Of a stretch of DNA of 64,000 nt, positions 1-8,271 are shown in pieces. A program made the translations under genes and the position numbers. The DNA is from a virus: positions 15,660 through 79,659 of the IMG/VR virus record IMGVR_UViG_3300046804_004458, one strand, 5' to 3'. The notes under the pieces are model-generated. The model was not told where the DNA came from. It searched no databases and saw only the letters and a list, made by a program, of their open reading frames with translations. Position 1 is the stretch's first letter. Each line of letters opens with the position of its first letter.

Positions 1-60
1 GTTATAAAAAAATCAGACAGATGATTAAGAATTTACAAATGATAAAACGACTTCAGAAAT

Positions 61-486
61 ATGGAACAACAGAGTAAATATTATACCCCAGACATTTCAG
101 AGCTACATATTGGATATGAATGTGAACATACTACCTGTAAAGGTGCATTTGATATAAACCTTGAAGATGATATAGTAAAAGATAAACTAACTGTAGATGA
201 TCTTAGAAAGTATCTTAGGTATTGTGGTATACATGGTGATAATGTAGGAGACTACATAAGAACTCGCTACCTTGATCAAAGTGATATAGAATCATTAGGT
301 TGGAAGTTTGATGCTTATAAAGCAGATGATTATAAATATTATTTAAATTCCTATGCATTATATTTTCCATATGCTGATGAAGAACCATTACTTATTACAC
401 ATAATAAAAGTGCAATCTTTTTCGGAGAATGTAAATCTATTAATGAGCTAAAAATAGTCATGAAACTTATTGGAATAACAGTATAA
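61..486 (+). CDS. hypothetical phage protein; its last ~13 codons probably come from the downstream GIY-YIG element
   Basis: 141-aa ORF. The C-terminus ELKIVMKLIGITV has a second version, LRKIMEWLNIK*, at 1273-1308. Confidence 0.8.
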   Translation: MEQQSKYYTPDISELHIGYECEHTTCKGAFDINLEDDIVKDKLTVDDLRKYLRYCGIHGDNVGDYIRTRYLDQSDIESLGWKFDAYKADDYKYYLNSYALYFPYADEEPLLITHNKSAIFFGECKSINELKIVMKLIGITV

Positions 487-1272
487 TGTCGTAATATTGT
501 ACTGCAACAGTACCTGATAAACTCCAACAACTAGCCAACCAATATAAAAAACACCAGACACAGGAAGTCCTCTCTCATCAGAGTACTGTTGCAACCTGTG
601 TTCTGGTGTAACTATATATGTTATGAAATCAGGAATTTATACAATAACAAATATTCTAAACGGAAAGATTTATGTAGGACTATCAAAAAATATTGAACAA
701 AGGTGGGCAGTTCATAAAAGTCATTTAGATAAAAAGAAGCATAGTTGTAAATATCTCCAGCATGCATGGGATGCACATGGAAAAGAGTCTTTTCTATTTG
801 AAATATTAGAAGAATGTGAGGAACAGTATTTATGTAGTCAGGAGAATTGGTGGTGCAATATGTTAGATAGCCATAATCCAAATAGAGGATATAATGATAA
901 ACCTACATCTCCTAACTGTAAGTGTAAACAGTCAGATGCCACAAAATATAAATTATCAGAGATAGGAAAAAGATATACTGGAAAAAATCATCCGTTTTAT
1001 GGTAAAAAATTATCAAAAGAACATGTAGCAAAAAGAGTAAAAAAAGTAGAAAAACTTGTATATAAATACTCAATAGAAGGAGAATTACTTAACACGTATA
1101 AAAGTGTAAAAACTGCAGCAGAAGAAAATGGTGTATCAATTAATAATATATCCGCATGTTGTTCAGGAAAACAAAATACTAGTAAAGGATGTGTATTTTT
1201 ATTTACAGAAATATTTGAAATAAGAAAAGATAAAAGAAATAGAAATCCAATAAGTGGAAAATATGAGAAAAA
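448..1272 (+). mobile_element. free-standing GIY-YIG homing endonuclease cassette (replacement 3' end, promoter, structured leader, endonuclease gene)
   Basis: Flanked by two versions of the C-terminus of ORF 61-486. Contains a promoter-like TTG-N19-TAATATTG (470-499). Boundaries are inferred. Confidence 0.55.
499..609 (+). promoter_or_regulatory. structured 5' leader with two interleaved inverted repeats
   Basis: 503-518 pairs with 577-593 and 551-564 pairs with 595-609, each with one bulge. 499-513 also forms a self-hairpin. Confidence 0.6.
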
Positions 1273-1297
1273 CTCCGGAAGATCATGGAGTGGTTAA
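623..1297 (+). CDS. GIY-YIG homing endonuclease with NUMOD3/NUMOD1-like DNA-binding modules
   Basis: SGIYTITNILNGKIYVGLS..R..H; GYN; NHPFYGKKLSKEH; YKYSIEGELLNTYKSVKTAA...ISACCSGKQNTSKG. Confidence 0.92.
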   Translation: MKSGIYTITNILNGKIYVGLSKNIEQRWAVHKSHLDKKKHSCKYLQHAWDAHGKESFLFEILEECEEQYLCSQENWWCNMLDSHNPNRGYNDKPTSPNCKCKQSDATKYKLSEIGKRYTGKNHPFYGKKLSKEHVAKRVKKVEKLVYKYSIEGELLNTYKSVKTAAEENGVSINNISACCSGKQNTSKGCVFLFTEIFEIRKDKRNRNPISGKYEKNSGRSWSG

Positions 1298-1308
1298 ACA
1301 TAAAATAA
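1273..1308 (+). pseudogene. orphaned original 3' end of gene 61-486 (LRKIMEWLNIK*)
   Basis: Aligns with LKIVMKLIGITV*. Its TAA (1306-1308) lies 1 nt before the next ATG (1310). Confidence 0.55.
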
Positions 1309-1309
1309 A

Positions 1310-1687
1310 ATGACAGTAGAGCAGTATAAAGAAAAGGTACCTGAACACAAAGATCTTGAAGGAGATGCTCTTTGGAATGCAATGGAAAACTATATGTTGC
1401 TGCATGGAGAAACTCATAATTATACAGATAGTGAGGGTAGAGAAAGAATAAGATTTCCTTGGACACCTGAAGATGGTGATGGAACTCCTATAGGAATATG
1501 GGATGTAGTAAAGAATGAAGCAGTAGACAGTAAACAGGAATGGAAACCTCCTACTAAACAGTCTGCAATATTTATAGTATTTGACGTTTCAGGAAAAGAA
1601 CCTATGAAGATTATAGGTGAGCCTATTCCTATTATAGAAACAACAGAAGGTTTAAAAATTTATAAAGATGGAACAGAACAAAAATGA
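1310..1687 (+). CDS. hypothetical protein
   Basis: 125-aa ORF in a tightly packed operon. Confidence 0.75.
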   Translation: MTVEQYKEKVPEHKDLEGDALWNAMENYMLLHGETHNYTDSEGRERIRFPWTPEDGDGTPIGIWDVVKNEAVDSKQEWKPPTKQSAIFIVFDVSGKEPMKIIGEPIPIIETTEGLKIYKDGTEQK

Positions 1688-2081
1688 CATGTTTGAGGAC
1701 ATGAGAGCAGCCGGAAGTCAGCTACCTGATATAGTAGAAACTCTCAAAAAAAGAGGCTGGAAAACTTATGAGCACCACGATAACTGGATACATCCTAATG
1801 TCTTAGGTCAATTCACTACACATCAGGCATATGAATACAAAGGAATGATAAATGTACCTGCATCAGAAGCAGTGAGGTTTCTTAGCAAGGCTTTGATAGA
1901 AGATCGAGCATATTGGGATGGATGGGTTGCAAATATTGCAATGTCAATATACGATGAGTATATGGAGAAGCTCCCAAACACCAATACTGTAGTAAAAGGT
2001 GCATTGCTTGAGATATTTAATAATGGTGCAGACAGGTTTCTGAAACTTTTGACAGCAGAAAAAACAACAGACAATGAGTAA
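1668..2081 (+). CDS. hypothetical protein
   Basis: 137-aa ORF in the same operon. Confidence 0.75.
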   Translation: MEQNKNDMFEDMRAAGSQLPDIVETLKKRGWKTYEHHDNWIHPNVLGQFTTHQAYEYKGMINVPASEAVRFLSKALIEDRAYWDGWVANIAMSIYDEYMEKLPNTNTVVKGALLEIFNNGADRFLKLLTAEKTTDNE

Positions 2082-2154
2082 AGAGAAAAAAGAACAGAAG
2101 TATTATAACGGCATTGCTGTTGATAGCCAGGAGGAGGTAATGACAAAAAAATAG
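2074..2154 (+). pseudogene. orphaned 5' stub of the nuclease gene 2930-3517 (MSKEKKEQKYYNGIAVDSQEEVMTKK*)
   Basis: 18 of the first 24 aa are identical to the N-terminus of ORF 2930-3517. Its ATG overlaps the end of the upstream gene. Confidence 0.85.
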
Positions 2155-2185
2155 TTGTTAAATTAAATCAACTGTTCTATTTTTG
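2155..2185 (+). promoter_or_regulatory. Bacteroidetes sigma-A-type promoter (-33 TTG / -7 TAnnTTTG) inside an imperfect hairpin
   Basis: TTG at 2155-2157, 20-nt spacer, TATTTTTG at 2178-2185, ATG at 2200. Confidence 0.65.
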
Positions 2186-2199
2186 TATAAAATAATATT

Positions 2200-2964
2200 A
2201 TGCAAAAAATAGATAAAACAGGATTGAGATTTGGTAAATTATTAGTTATTTCAAAGGAAAATAATGATACCTATTTATGTAAATGTGATTGTGGTGTAGA
2301 AAGACTATTTAGAGATAAAAATTTATGTAAAACAGGATCTAAAAGTTGTGGTTGCAATATGGGAAAATGGGGCAGAGGTATAAATTTTCTTGGAATGACC
2401 AGAAAACTACTTACCTGTACTGCTAAATTACCAGATGATAAATGGGAGTGGACATGCAAATGTGGTAATAAAATTATTCTTAGTGGATGGAGAAAATATA
2501 ATATTAAATGTTGTAGTTTATCTTGCCCTGAATTAAATAAAGAAAGAGGTGCTTCTCATAGAAAACCAAAAAATAGAACTATAAATGAGCAGTACAATAG
2601 TCATAGATATAATGCAAAAATTAGAAATCTAAATTCTTTACAAAAAGAAGATTGGTTAAAAATTGTTTTTTTGCCCTGTTATTATTGTGGTGAAACTGAC
2701 ACAAGAAATTATGCCAAATATCCAGCTTATAGAAAAAAACTGAAGAATACTTTAACAGAAGATATTATTGCAGAGTTTGAGGTAAAAATGAACGGAGTTG
2801 ATAGATTAGATTCAACTAAAGGTTATGATATAGAAAATTGTGTTCCTTGTTGCGGTACTTGTAATTTTATAAAAAGTGATTGTACAGAAGAAAAATTTAT
2901 TATTCATATAACTAAAATATATAAACATTATGTCAAAGGAGAAAAACGAGAAAAAATATTATAA
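2200..2964 (+). CDS. HNH homing endonuclease with N-terminal Cys-rich (CxCxCG) repeats
   Basis: DKTGLRFGKLLVI..YLCKCDCG..SKSCGC plus a second degenerate copy; CYYCG...NGVDRLDSTKGYDIENCVPCCGTCN. Confidence 0.88.
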   Translation: MQKIDKTGLRFGKLLVISKENNDTYLCKCDCGVERLFRDKNLCKTGSKSCGCNMGKWGRGINFLGMTRKLLTCTAKLPDDKWEWTCKCGNKIILSGWRKYNIKCCSLSCPELNKERGASHRKPKNRTINEQYNSHRYNAKIRNLNSLQKEDWLKIVFLPCYYCGETDTRNYAKYPAYRKKLKNTLTEDIIAEFEVKMNGVDRLDSTKGYDIENCVPCCGTCNFIKSDCTEEKFIIHITKIYKHYVKGEKREKIL

Positions 2965-3517
2965 CGGAATACAAATTGATAGTATTGAGGAACAAATGAC
3001 TGTTATGTACTTTGAGGAACTTATAGAGGCCGGGTATGTAGAAAAACTTGAAAGAGCTCCTACCTATACTCTTTCTGAAAGGTTAGAGCATAGATATACC
3101 CAAGTAGTAGAAATGAAAACAAAGACAAAAGAAGTTGAAAAGAATCAGGTACTTCTTGAATCTCATGTTTACACTCCTGAGTTTCTTGTAAACTGGACAC
3201 ATGCAGGAGCTGCATTATTTGTAGACAGGATGAATAAAAAGAGCAAAATAGATGCACATTTTATCGGTGCTTATCGTACTCTTATTGAAGTAAAACCAAA
3301 CTTTGATCAGAACAATATGACCCGGCTTTTTAAGATCAACCAGAAGTGGATGTGGGAAAAACATAAGCTATTTGTAAATCTTATACAACCTCATAAGTTG
3401 TTTGAGCAAACATTCACTCCAACTGCTTATTTAAAAACTGCAACAGGAAAGCAAAAAGTGATTCATTGGAAAGTACGTTCAATGGAAAATTATATTACAT
3501 CCTTAAATAACAACTAA
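2930..3517 (+). CDS. PD-(D/E)xK nuclease, DUF1064 / resolvase-like
   Basis: YNGIQIDSIEE...YTPEF...LIEVKP motif pattern. Confidence 0.65.
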   Translation: MSKEKNEKKYYNGIQIDSIEEQMTVMYFEELIEAGYVEKLERAPTYTLSERLEHRYTQVVEMKTKTKEVEKNQVLLESHVYTPEFLVNWTHAGAALFVDRMNKKSKIDAHFIGAYRTLIEVKPNFDQNNMTRLFKINQKWMWEKHKLFVNLIQPHKLFEQTFTPTAYLKTATGKQKVIHWKVRSMENYITSLNNN

Positions 3518-3522
3518 TAATC

Positions 3523-3732
3523 ATGGCAAAGACAAAAAAAGCAACACCGGATACACCTGAAGTAAAAGTATTAAAAGAAATAAAAGATACTATCCTTAAA
3601 CAATGGAAAGAAGCTAATGGGGCTATGGACCAAACACACAGGTTGGGCAATAATATATACAATACTGCCATAGCTGATTGTATTAGTGCAATAAATACAA
3701 AAATATTTAGGATAGAAAATAAAAAGAAATAA
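3523..3732 (+). CDS. small basic hypothetical protein
   Basis: 69-aa ORF that fills the gap between its neighbours. Confidence 0.7.
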   Translation: MAKTKKATPDTPEVKVLKEIKDTILKQWKEANGAMDQTHRLGNNIYNTAIADCISAINTKIFRIENKKK

Positions 3733-3733
3733 T

Positions 3734-4819
3734 ATGAATATTACAAAGAAAGTAGAACAATCACGTATATCAGAGCAAACCTATAGAGGTTTAAAAGACA
3801 GGCTTTCATACAGCTCCATCAAAAAGTTTGATTCAGACAGACAAGCTTTTTACAAAGAAATGGTTCTTGGTGAAGTAAAAGAAGATAAGATATCCATCCC
3901 CATCATTATGGGACACCTGGTACATACTTTATTATCAGGTATGGACTTTGATGAGAAGTTTCACATAGCTGTAGCTAATGAGCCTAAAGGACAAATGGCT
4001 GATCTTGTAAATAACCTGTATAACAGAACTTTAAAAAGCATAGACAAGGAAACAGGTATACAAACAGATAGTTTTGAGACAATCTTTATGGATGCAGTCA
4101 CAACTACTAAGTATGACTTTAATATGCAGGAAGTAGCATTTAAAGGGAAAGATGCAACTAAGATCTTAAGTATGTTTACAGGTGATGCTGAAATATATTA
4201 CAAAGAAAAGATGGCATCAGTAGGAAAAATAATTGTATCTGTACCAACAATACAACAAGCAGAAAGACTGGTAGAGAAAATAAAAGCACACAATTATACT
4301 CAGTATTATGCTACAGTACAAACAGGTGATGGAATAGAAGTGTTTAATGAGCTACCTATTTTGTTTGAAATAAATGAGGTACCATATAAAGCAATGGTTG
4401 ATAAGGTAATAGTAGACCATGAGCATAAAACAATAACACCGGTAGATTGGAAAACAAGTTGGGATAATGAGAATCCTCAGCAAGCCTATACAAAGTTTGG
4501 CTATTACCTACAAGCAGCTATGTATGACTATGCATTACATGAGTGGGCCAAGGAGCACAAAATGGAAGATTATACTATCTTACCAATGAAGTTCATCTTT
4601 ATAGATACTGCAGGGTTTGCTGATCCAGTTATTTTAGAACTAAAAAAGGATGACCTGGACAAGGCTGTAAGTGGATTTACCCTAAGAGGTTTTAAATACA
4701 AAGGTATCTCTGATCTGCACCATGAAATAGCATGGCATGTAGAGACAGGTATATGGTCTTCTGCTATGGATATTTCCAAGAATAATGGCAGGGTTATACT
4801 TGATTTAAAGTATGAATAA
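3734..4819 (+). CDS. PD-(D/E)xK exonuclease (RecE/Cas4-like recombination nuclease)
   Basis: LSYSSIKKF, GHLVHTLL, KAMVDKVIVD...VDWKTS, YYLQAAMY; directly upstream of recA. Confidence 0.85.
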   Translation: MNITKKVEQSRISEQTYRGLKDRLSYSSIKKFDSDRQAFYKEMVLGEVKEDKISIPIIMGHLVHTLLSGMDFDEKFHIAVANEPKGQMADLVNNLYNRTLKSIDKETGIQTDSFETIFMDAVTTTKYDFNMQEVAFKGKDATKILSMFTGDAEIYYKEKMASVGKIIVSVPTIQQAERLVEKIKAHNYTQYYATVQTGDGIEVFNELPILFEINEVPYKAMVDKVIVDHEHKTITPVDWKTSWDNENPQQAYTKFGYYLQAAMYDYALHEWAKEHKMEDYTILPMKFIFIDTAGFADPVILELKKDDLDKAVSGFTLRGFKYKGISDLHHEIAWHVETGIWSSAMDISKNNGRVILDLKYE

Positions 4820-4848
4820 CAGTAAGAAATAGGTGTTAAAATGCTTGC

Positions 4849-4885
4849 AAAAGGGCTGTAAATATTGTATATTTATAGCCCTTTT
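4849..4885. terminator. 17-bp-arm hairpin (possibly bidirectional terminator) overlapping the putative recA promoter
   Basis: aaaagggctgtaaatat-tgt-atatttatagccctttt; TTG(4845)-N20-TATATTTA(4868). Confidence 0.65.
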
Positions 4886-4911
4886 CTATTTTAAAAAATC
4901 AAACAAAACAT

Positions 4912-5904
4912 ATGGCAAAAGCAGCAACAACTGAGCAAGAAAAAGATATTCTTGCTGAAAAACTTAAGGCACTGGAAAAGAAATTTGGTGCAGGTACAAT
5001 TATAATGGGTAGAGATACCAAAGAAGAGTTAGAAGTAGTAGATAGTGGCTCATTGACACTTAATCTTGCTACTAACATTGGTGGTTTACCTGTAGGTAAA
5101 TTAATAGAGCTATTGGGTATGGAATCCTCAGGTAAATCTACTCTTACTCTGCATGCAATATCCAATTTTCAAAAGCTGGAAGGCAAATGTGTATTGGTAG
5201 ACTATGAGCAATCATTTGACAGAACCTATGCAACTGCTCTGGGAGTAGACATGGATAAGCTAATTATCATTCAACCAGAGTGTATGGAAGATGGTTACAA
5301 CATGACAGAGGAGTTAATTAAGACAGGTGATATAAGACTTGTAGTACATGACTCTCATACAGCAGCTATGCCAAGAAAAGTAGTAGATGGTGAAGTTGGT
5401 GATGTAACTATTGGCCTACAAGCAAGGTTAAACAGCCAAGGTCTTGGCAAAATTAAGCCACTTTTAAGGGATAATAGGTGCACTTTAATGGGCATATCCC
5501 AGATAAGACAGAATGTAGGTGGTTATGGTGACCCTAATCAGAGCACTGGTGGTCTGGCTTGGAAGTTCTACTCAGATATGAGGATGAAGGTAAACAAATC
5601 TGTTGATAAGGAGAATGAAGGTAATAAGACAACTGTAGAGATAATCAAGAATAAATGTTCAGCACCATTTGGCAAAGCTGAGTTTGTCATTGATTGGGGA
5701 AAAGGCATAAGCCGGATGATGGAAATTATTAGCCTGGCACAGGATTTGAAATTCATAACAAGATCCGGGGCCTGGTATACTTTACCTAATGTAGAGAAGT
5801 CTGTACAGGGTGAGCAGGGGGTACTTCAGTTTTTATCTGATAATCCTGAGTATGCCACGGAAATTGAAAGACAAGTATTGGAGAAGTTGAAAGAGTTGAA
5901 GTAA
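4912..5904 (+). CDS. recA: RecA/UvsX recombinase
   Basis: GSLTLNLATNIGGLPVGKLIELLGMESSGKSTL (Walker A), VDYEQSFD, GLQARL, QIRQNVG, TGGLAWKFYSD, IIKNK, SGAWY. Confidence 0.97.
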   Translation: MAKAATTEQEKDILAEKLKALEKKFGAGTIIMGRDTKEELEVVDSGSLTLNLATNIGGLPVGKLIELLGMESSGKSTLTLHAISNFQKLEGKCVLVDYEQSFDRTYATALGVDMDKLIIIQPECMEDGYNMTEELIKTGDIRLVVHDSHTAAMPRKVVDGEVGDVTIGLQARLNSQGLGKIKPLLRDNRCTLMGISQIRQNVGGYGDPNQSTGGLAWKFYSDMRMKVNKSVDKENEGNKTTVEIIKNKCSAPFGKAEFVIDWGKGISRMMEIISLAQDLKFITRSGAWYTLPNVEKSVQGEQGVLQFLSDNPEYATEIERQVLEKLKELK

Positions 5905-6305
5905 TGAAAGAGCAGAATAAAGAGAGAAAGGAGAGTAAGCTATCCAGCTTGTATGCACAGAGGGGCAAGTTGCAGAGTAAGATAGAGCAGGTGAAAAAAG
6001 AAGAGAAGAGGCTGAAGAAAGAGCTGGAAGTATTACAAGAAAGATTGGCTGGTGTACAAAAAGGCATACAATACCTAGAGACAAGAGAGATTCTTATTAC
6101 AACACACTGTATAGAAAGATTCCGGGAAAGAATAGGGCCATTAGATGCAGATGAAGATACTGTAAGAAAAGTGCTTATAACCCCACAGGTAAAAGAAATG
6201 ATAAGAGTTCTTGGATCTGGTACTTACCCGGTATATGGTACTATACAAATAGCTGTTGAGGATAACAAGATAATAACAGTTATAGACACAAACAAACCAA
6301 AATAA
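5904..6305 (+). CDS. hypothetical protein with coiled coil and a small domain (ITTHCIERFRERI)
   Basis: 133-aa ORF coupled to recA (TAATG overlap). Confidence 0.75.
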   Translation: MKEQNKERKESKLSSLYAQRGKLQSKIEQVKKEEKRLKKELEVLQERLAGVQKGIQYLETREILITTHCIERFRERIGPLDADEDTVRKVLITPQVKEMIRVLGSGTYPVYGTIQIAVEDNKIITVIDTNKPK

Positions 6306-6306
6306 T

Positions 6307-6543
6307 ATGCAAAAAGAACAACACAATTTTCATGGTGCTGAGTATGTTGAAGAGCATGAAAATAAAGACAAGCACACACTTGTACCTGCAGATATATATA
6401 GTTCTCTTGAGGAGATATTAGCAGATATTAATAACTCAAAAATGTTTCCGTATAATTTGCTAAGAACTGTACCAGGTATAAAAGAAAAATTACAAAATAC
6501 AATAAAATCTGGTGCCTATTTGCAAAAAGACGGTAAGAAATAA
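6307..6543 (+). CDS. hypothetical protein
   Basis: 78-aa ORF in the operon. Confidence 0.7.
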   Translation: MQKEQHNFHGAEYVEEHENKDKHTLVPADIYSSLEEILADINNSKMFPYNLLRTVPGIKEKLQNTIKSGAYLQKDGKK

Positions 6544-6552
6544 TTGCTGACA

Positions 6553-6930
6553 ATGAAAAGAGGAGTATTAAAAAGAAATAACAGTTCTCTAAAAAGAGGT
6601 GGGCCTATTAAAAAACGGCCCATCTCTCAAGAGAAAACAGAGCAAAAAAAGCAGACAAGAGAGAAAGATATTGCTTTCTACACTGGCATATGGAACAAGA
6701 GGCCACATATCTGTGGTAACTGTGGAAAGCATCTGGGGAAAGAAATGAAGAGCTTTCACTTTGATCATCTGATTGAAAAGAGTACACATCCTCAGTTTAG
6801 ATATGAGGAAGATAATATCTTATTAGTTTGCTTTGACTGTCATGGTAACAAAACAAATGGATTTCCTGGTGTTGTACATAAAAAGTGTATAGATAAAGTA
6901 TTTCAGAAGTTTTTTGAAAAAAAGAGCTAA
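6553..6930 (+). CDS. HNH endonuclease (NinG/Rap-like)
   Basis: CGNCG...HFDHLIEKSTHPQFRYEEDNILLVCFDCH; ATG at 6553 preferred over TTG at 6544. Confidence 0.85.
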   Translation: MKRGVLKRNNSSLKRGGPIKKRPISQEKTEQKKQTREKDIAFYTGIWNKRPHICGNCGKHLGKEMKSFHFDHLIEKSTHPQFRYEEDNILLVCFDCHGNKTNGFPGVVHKKCIDKVFQKFFEKKS

Positions 6931-7005
6931 GAGTGGATTTAATTACCTAAAAAGCATACACATTTAAAGTGTAAAAAACTAACTTTGGTTATATACTTTT
7001 TGTGT

Positions 7006-7269
7006 ATGTTGTATAATTGTAATTGTGATCAGAGGGTAATAGATATTCCTGCCAAACTTTATTTTATAATCTCTGATGTAGAGCTTGAAAGGATGTGCAT
7101 AGAGGGGTTTGGCTGCCAGATAAACAATGTATGGTATGCTTCATATGCAGAAACACATGGCATAGTCCTTACACCTGAGGAAGTTGAAGAATCAGAAGAA
7201 AAAGAATATGAGGAGGGGGATAGTCCTATTCAGGTTGATCTGAATTTGGAAGAGGACTATTGGGATTAA
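7006..7269 (+). CDS. small acidic hypothetical protein
   Basis: Acidic C-terminus; TAACTTTG at 6980-6987 upstream favours the ATG at 7006. Confidence 0.6.
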   Translation: MLYNCNCDQRVIDIPAKLYFIISDVELERMCIEGFGCQINNVWYASYAETHGIVLTPEEVEESEEKEYEEGDSPIQVDLNLEEDYWD

Positions 7270-7564
7270 TCTCAGCCATAAGACTATCTGTTAAAGACCG
7301 ATATTCTACTTGATCATTTTCCTTAGCTACTCTTAATATTTCTTGTAATAACATTGTTGTAGCTACTACAGCATTTTCCCAAGGAGAAAGTATTTCTTCT
7401 GTGCCTGCCTTTTTTTCAAGGGCTAATACCTCTTCATTATGCCCATCAACAAGATATTGCAGCATTACTTGTAACCTCTTAATAAATGCAGTGCCTATTT
7501 TTACTTCCACAATTGCATCTTGTTTGATGTGAGGCAGCATTAAATCTTGTTGATTTTCTGACAT
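7226..7564 (-). CDS. hypothetical protein
   Basis: 112-aa ORF with TACCTTTG promoter box on the - strand (7588-7595). Confidence 0.75.
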   Translation of the reverse strand: MSENQQDLMLPHIKQDAIVEVKIGTAFIKRLQVMLQYLVDGHNEEVLALEKKAGTEEILSPWENAVVATTMLLQEILRVAKENDQVEYRSLTDSLMAEINPNSPLPNSDQPE

Positions 7565-7572
7565 ATAGTAGG

Positions 7573-7595
7573 TAATTTTGTTGAAAACAAAGGTA
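7573..7595. promoter_or_regulatory. face-to-face pair of -7 boxes for divergent genes
   Basis: TAATTTTG (+, 7573-7580) and TACCTTTG (-, 7588-7595). Confidence 0.5.
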
Positions 7596-7611
7596 GTAAA
7601 AAAGTATAAGG

Positions 7612-8271
7612 ATGCAAGAGATTGTAAAAAAAATAAATGAAAAATTAAAAGAAAGTGGCTGGTATGATCAGTTAAGAATATTTTTAGAGTCTTTTGATTT
7701 TTTAAATATTATAAAAGAACTTAAAAGAAAAGTAGATGAAGATAATCAAAGATTTTGTCCTGGTTTATCTAATGCCTTTGAATTTTTAGAAGCTGTTCCA
7801 GTTAGTAAGGTAAAAGCAGTAATGTTTACTGATTATCTGTGTAATAAGCTTGAGTATGTTACAGGAGTGCCTTTTTTATTGAATATGCCTGGAAACCCAG
7901 AGCTTAATGAACCGGGTGCCCTGTGTAAATCTGTAGACAAAAAAAGAAAGGGGGGCACTTACATTGTTAAGTCATGGTTAGATCAGGGAGTGCTTATAAT
8001 CCCATTAGCCCTAACTACAAGAATAGATGGTAAGGCACATAGCAAATTGTGGGAACCTTTTATTATGAGAGTCATAGAGGTGATCAATAAAAAATACCCG
8101 GACATTCCATGGCTATTTGTAGGTGCCGGCACATGGAAGTATGAAGAAGATATTGCATCTCCCCACGTAAGGAAGATGCAACTCAGGACAGTTTCTATTA
8201 GTGATACACAATGGTCACAATGGGCCAATGATGTTTTAGCAGCACAGGGCAAGCCAATTATAAATTGGTAA
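7612..8271 (+). CDS. uracil-DNA glycosylase (family 1) fold protein with degenerate catalytic motifs
   Basis: SWLDQGVLII..ALTT..G..H..LWEPF and ..ANDVL..QGKPIINW match UNG. GQDPY is replaced by FTDYL and HPSP is absent. Confidence 0.75.
   Translation: MQEIVKKINEKLKESGWYDQLRIFLESFDFLNIIKELKRKVDEDNQRFCPGLSNAFEFLEAVPVSKVKAVMFTDYLCNKLEYVTGVPFLLNMPGNPELNEPGALCKSVDKKRKGGTYIVKSWLDQGVLIIPLALTTRIDGKAHSKLWEPFIMRVIEVINKKYPDIPWLFVGAGTWKYEEDIASPHVRKMQLRTVSISDTQWSQWANDVLAAQGKPIINW

Larger units (their letters stand above)
2146..3001 (+). mobile_element. free-standing HNH homing endonuclease cassette (promoter/hairpin, endonuclease gene, replacement 5' end of the target gene)
   Basis: Bounded by duplicated, recoded N-terminal coding sequence. 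Has its own promoter, TTG-N20-TATTTTTG (2155-2185). Confidence 0.7.

Noticed and set aside
487-1308. Group I intron carrying the GIY-YIG ORF
   Set aside because: The upstream gene has its own stop, the endonuclease ORF runs straight into the putative second exon, and there is no room for a ribozyme core.
3734-4819. Cas4 of a CRISPR system
   Set aside because: No 4-Cys Fe-S ligands and no array. Its position beside recA indicates a recombination exonuclease.
6553-6930. Third mobile homing endonuclease with end replacement
   Set aside because: Compact NinG-like HNH without DNA-binding repeats, its own promoter or duplicated flanking peptide ends. It looks like a resident gene.
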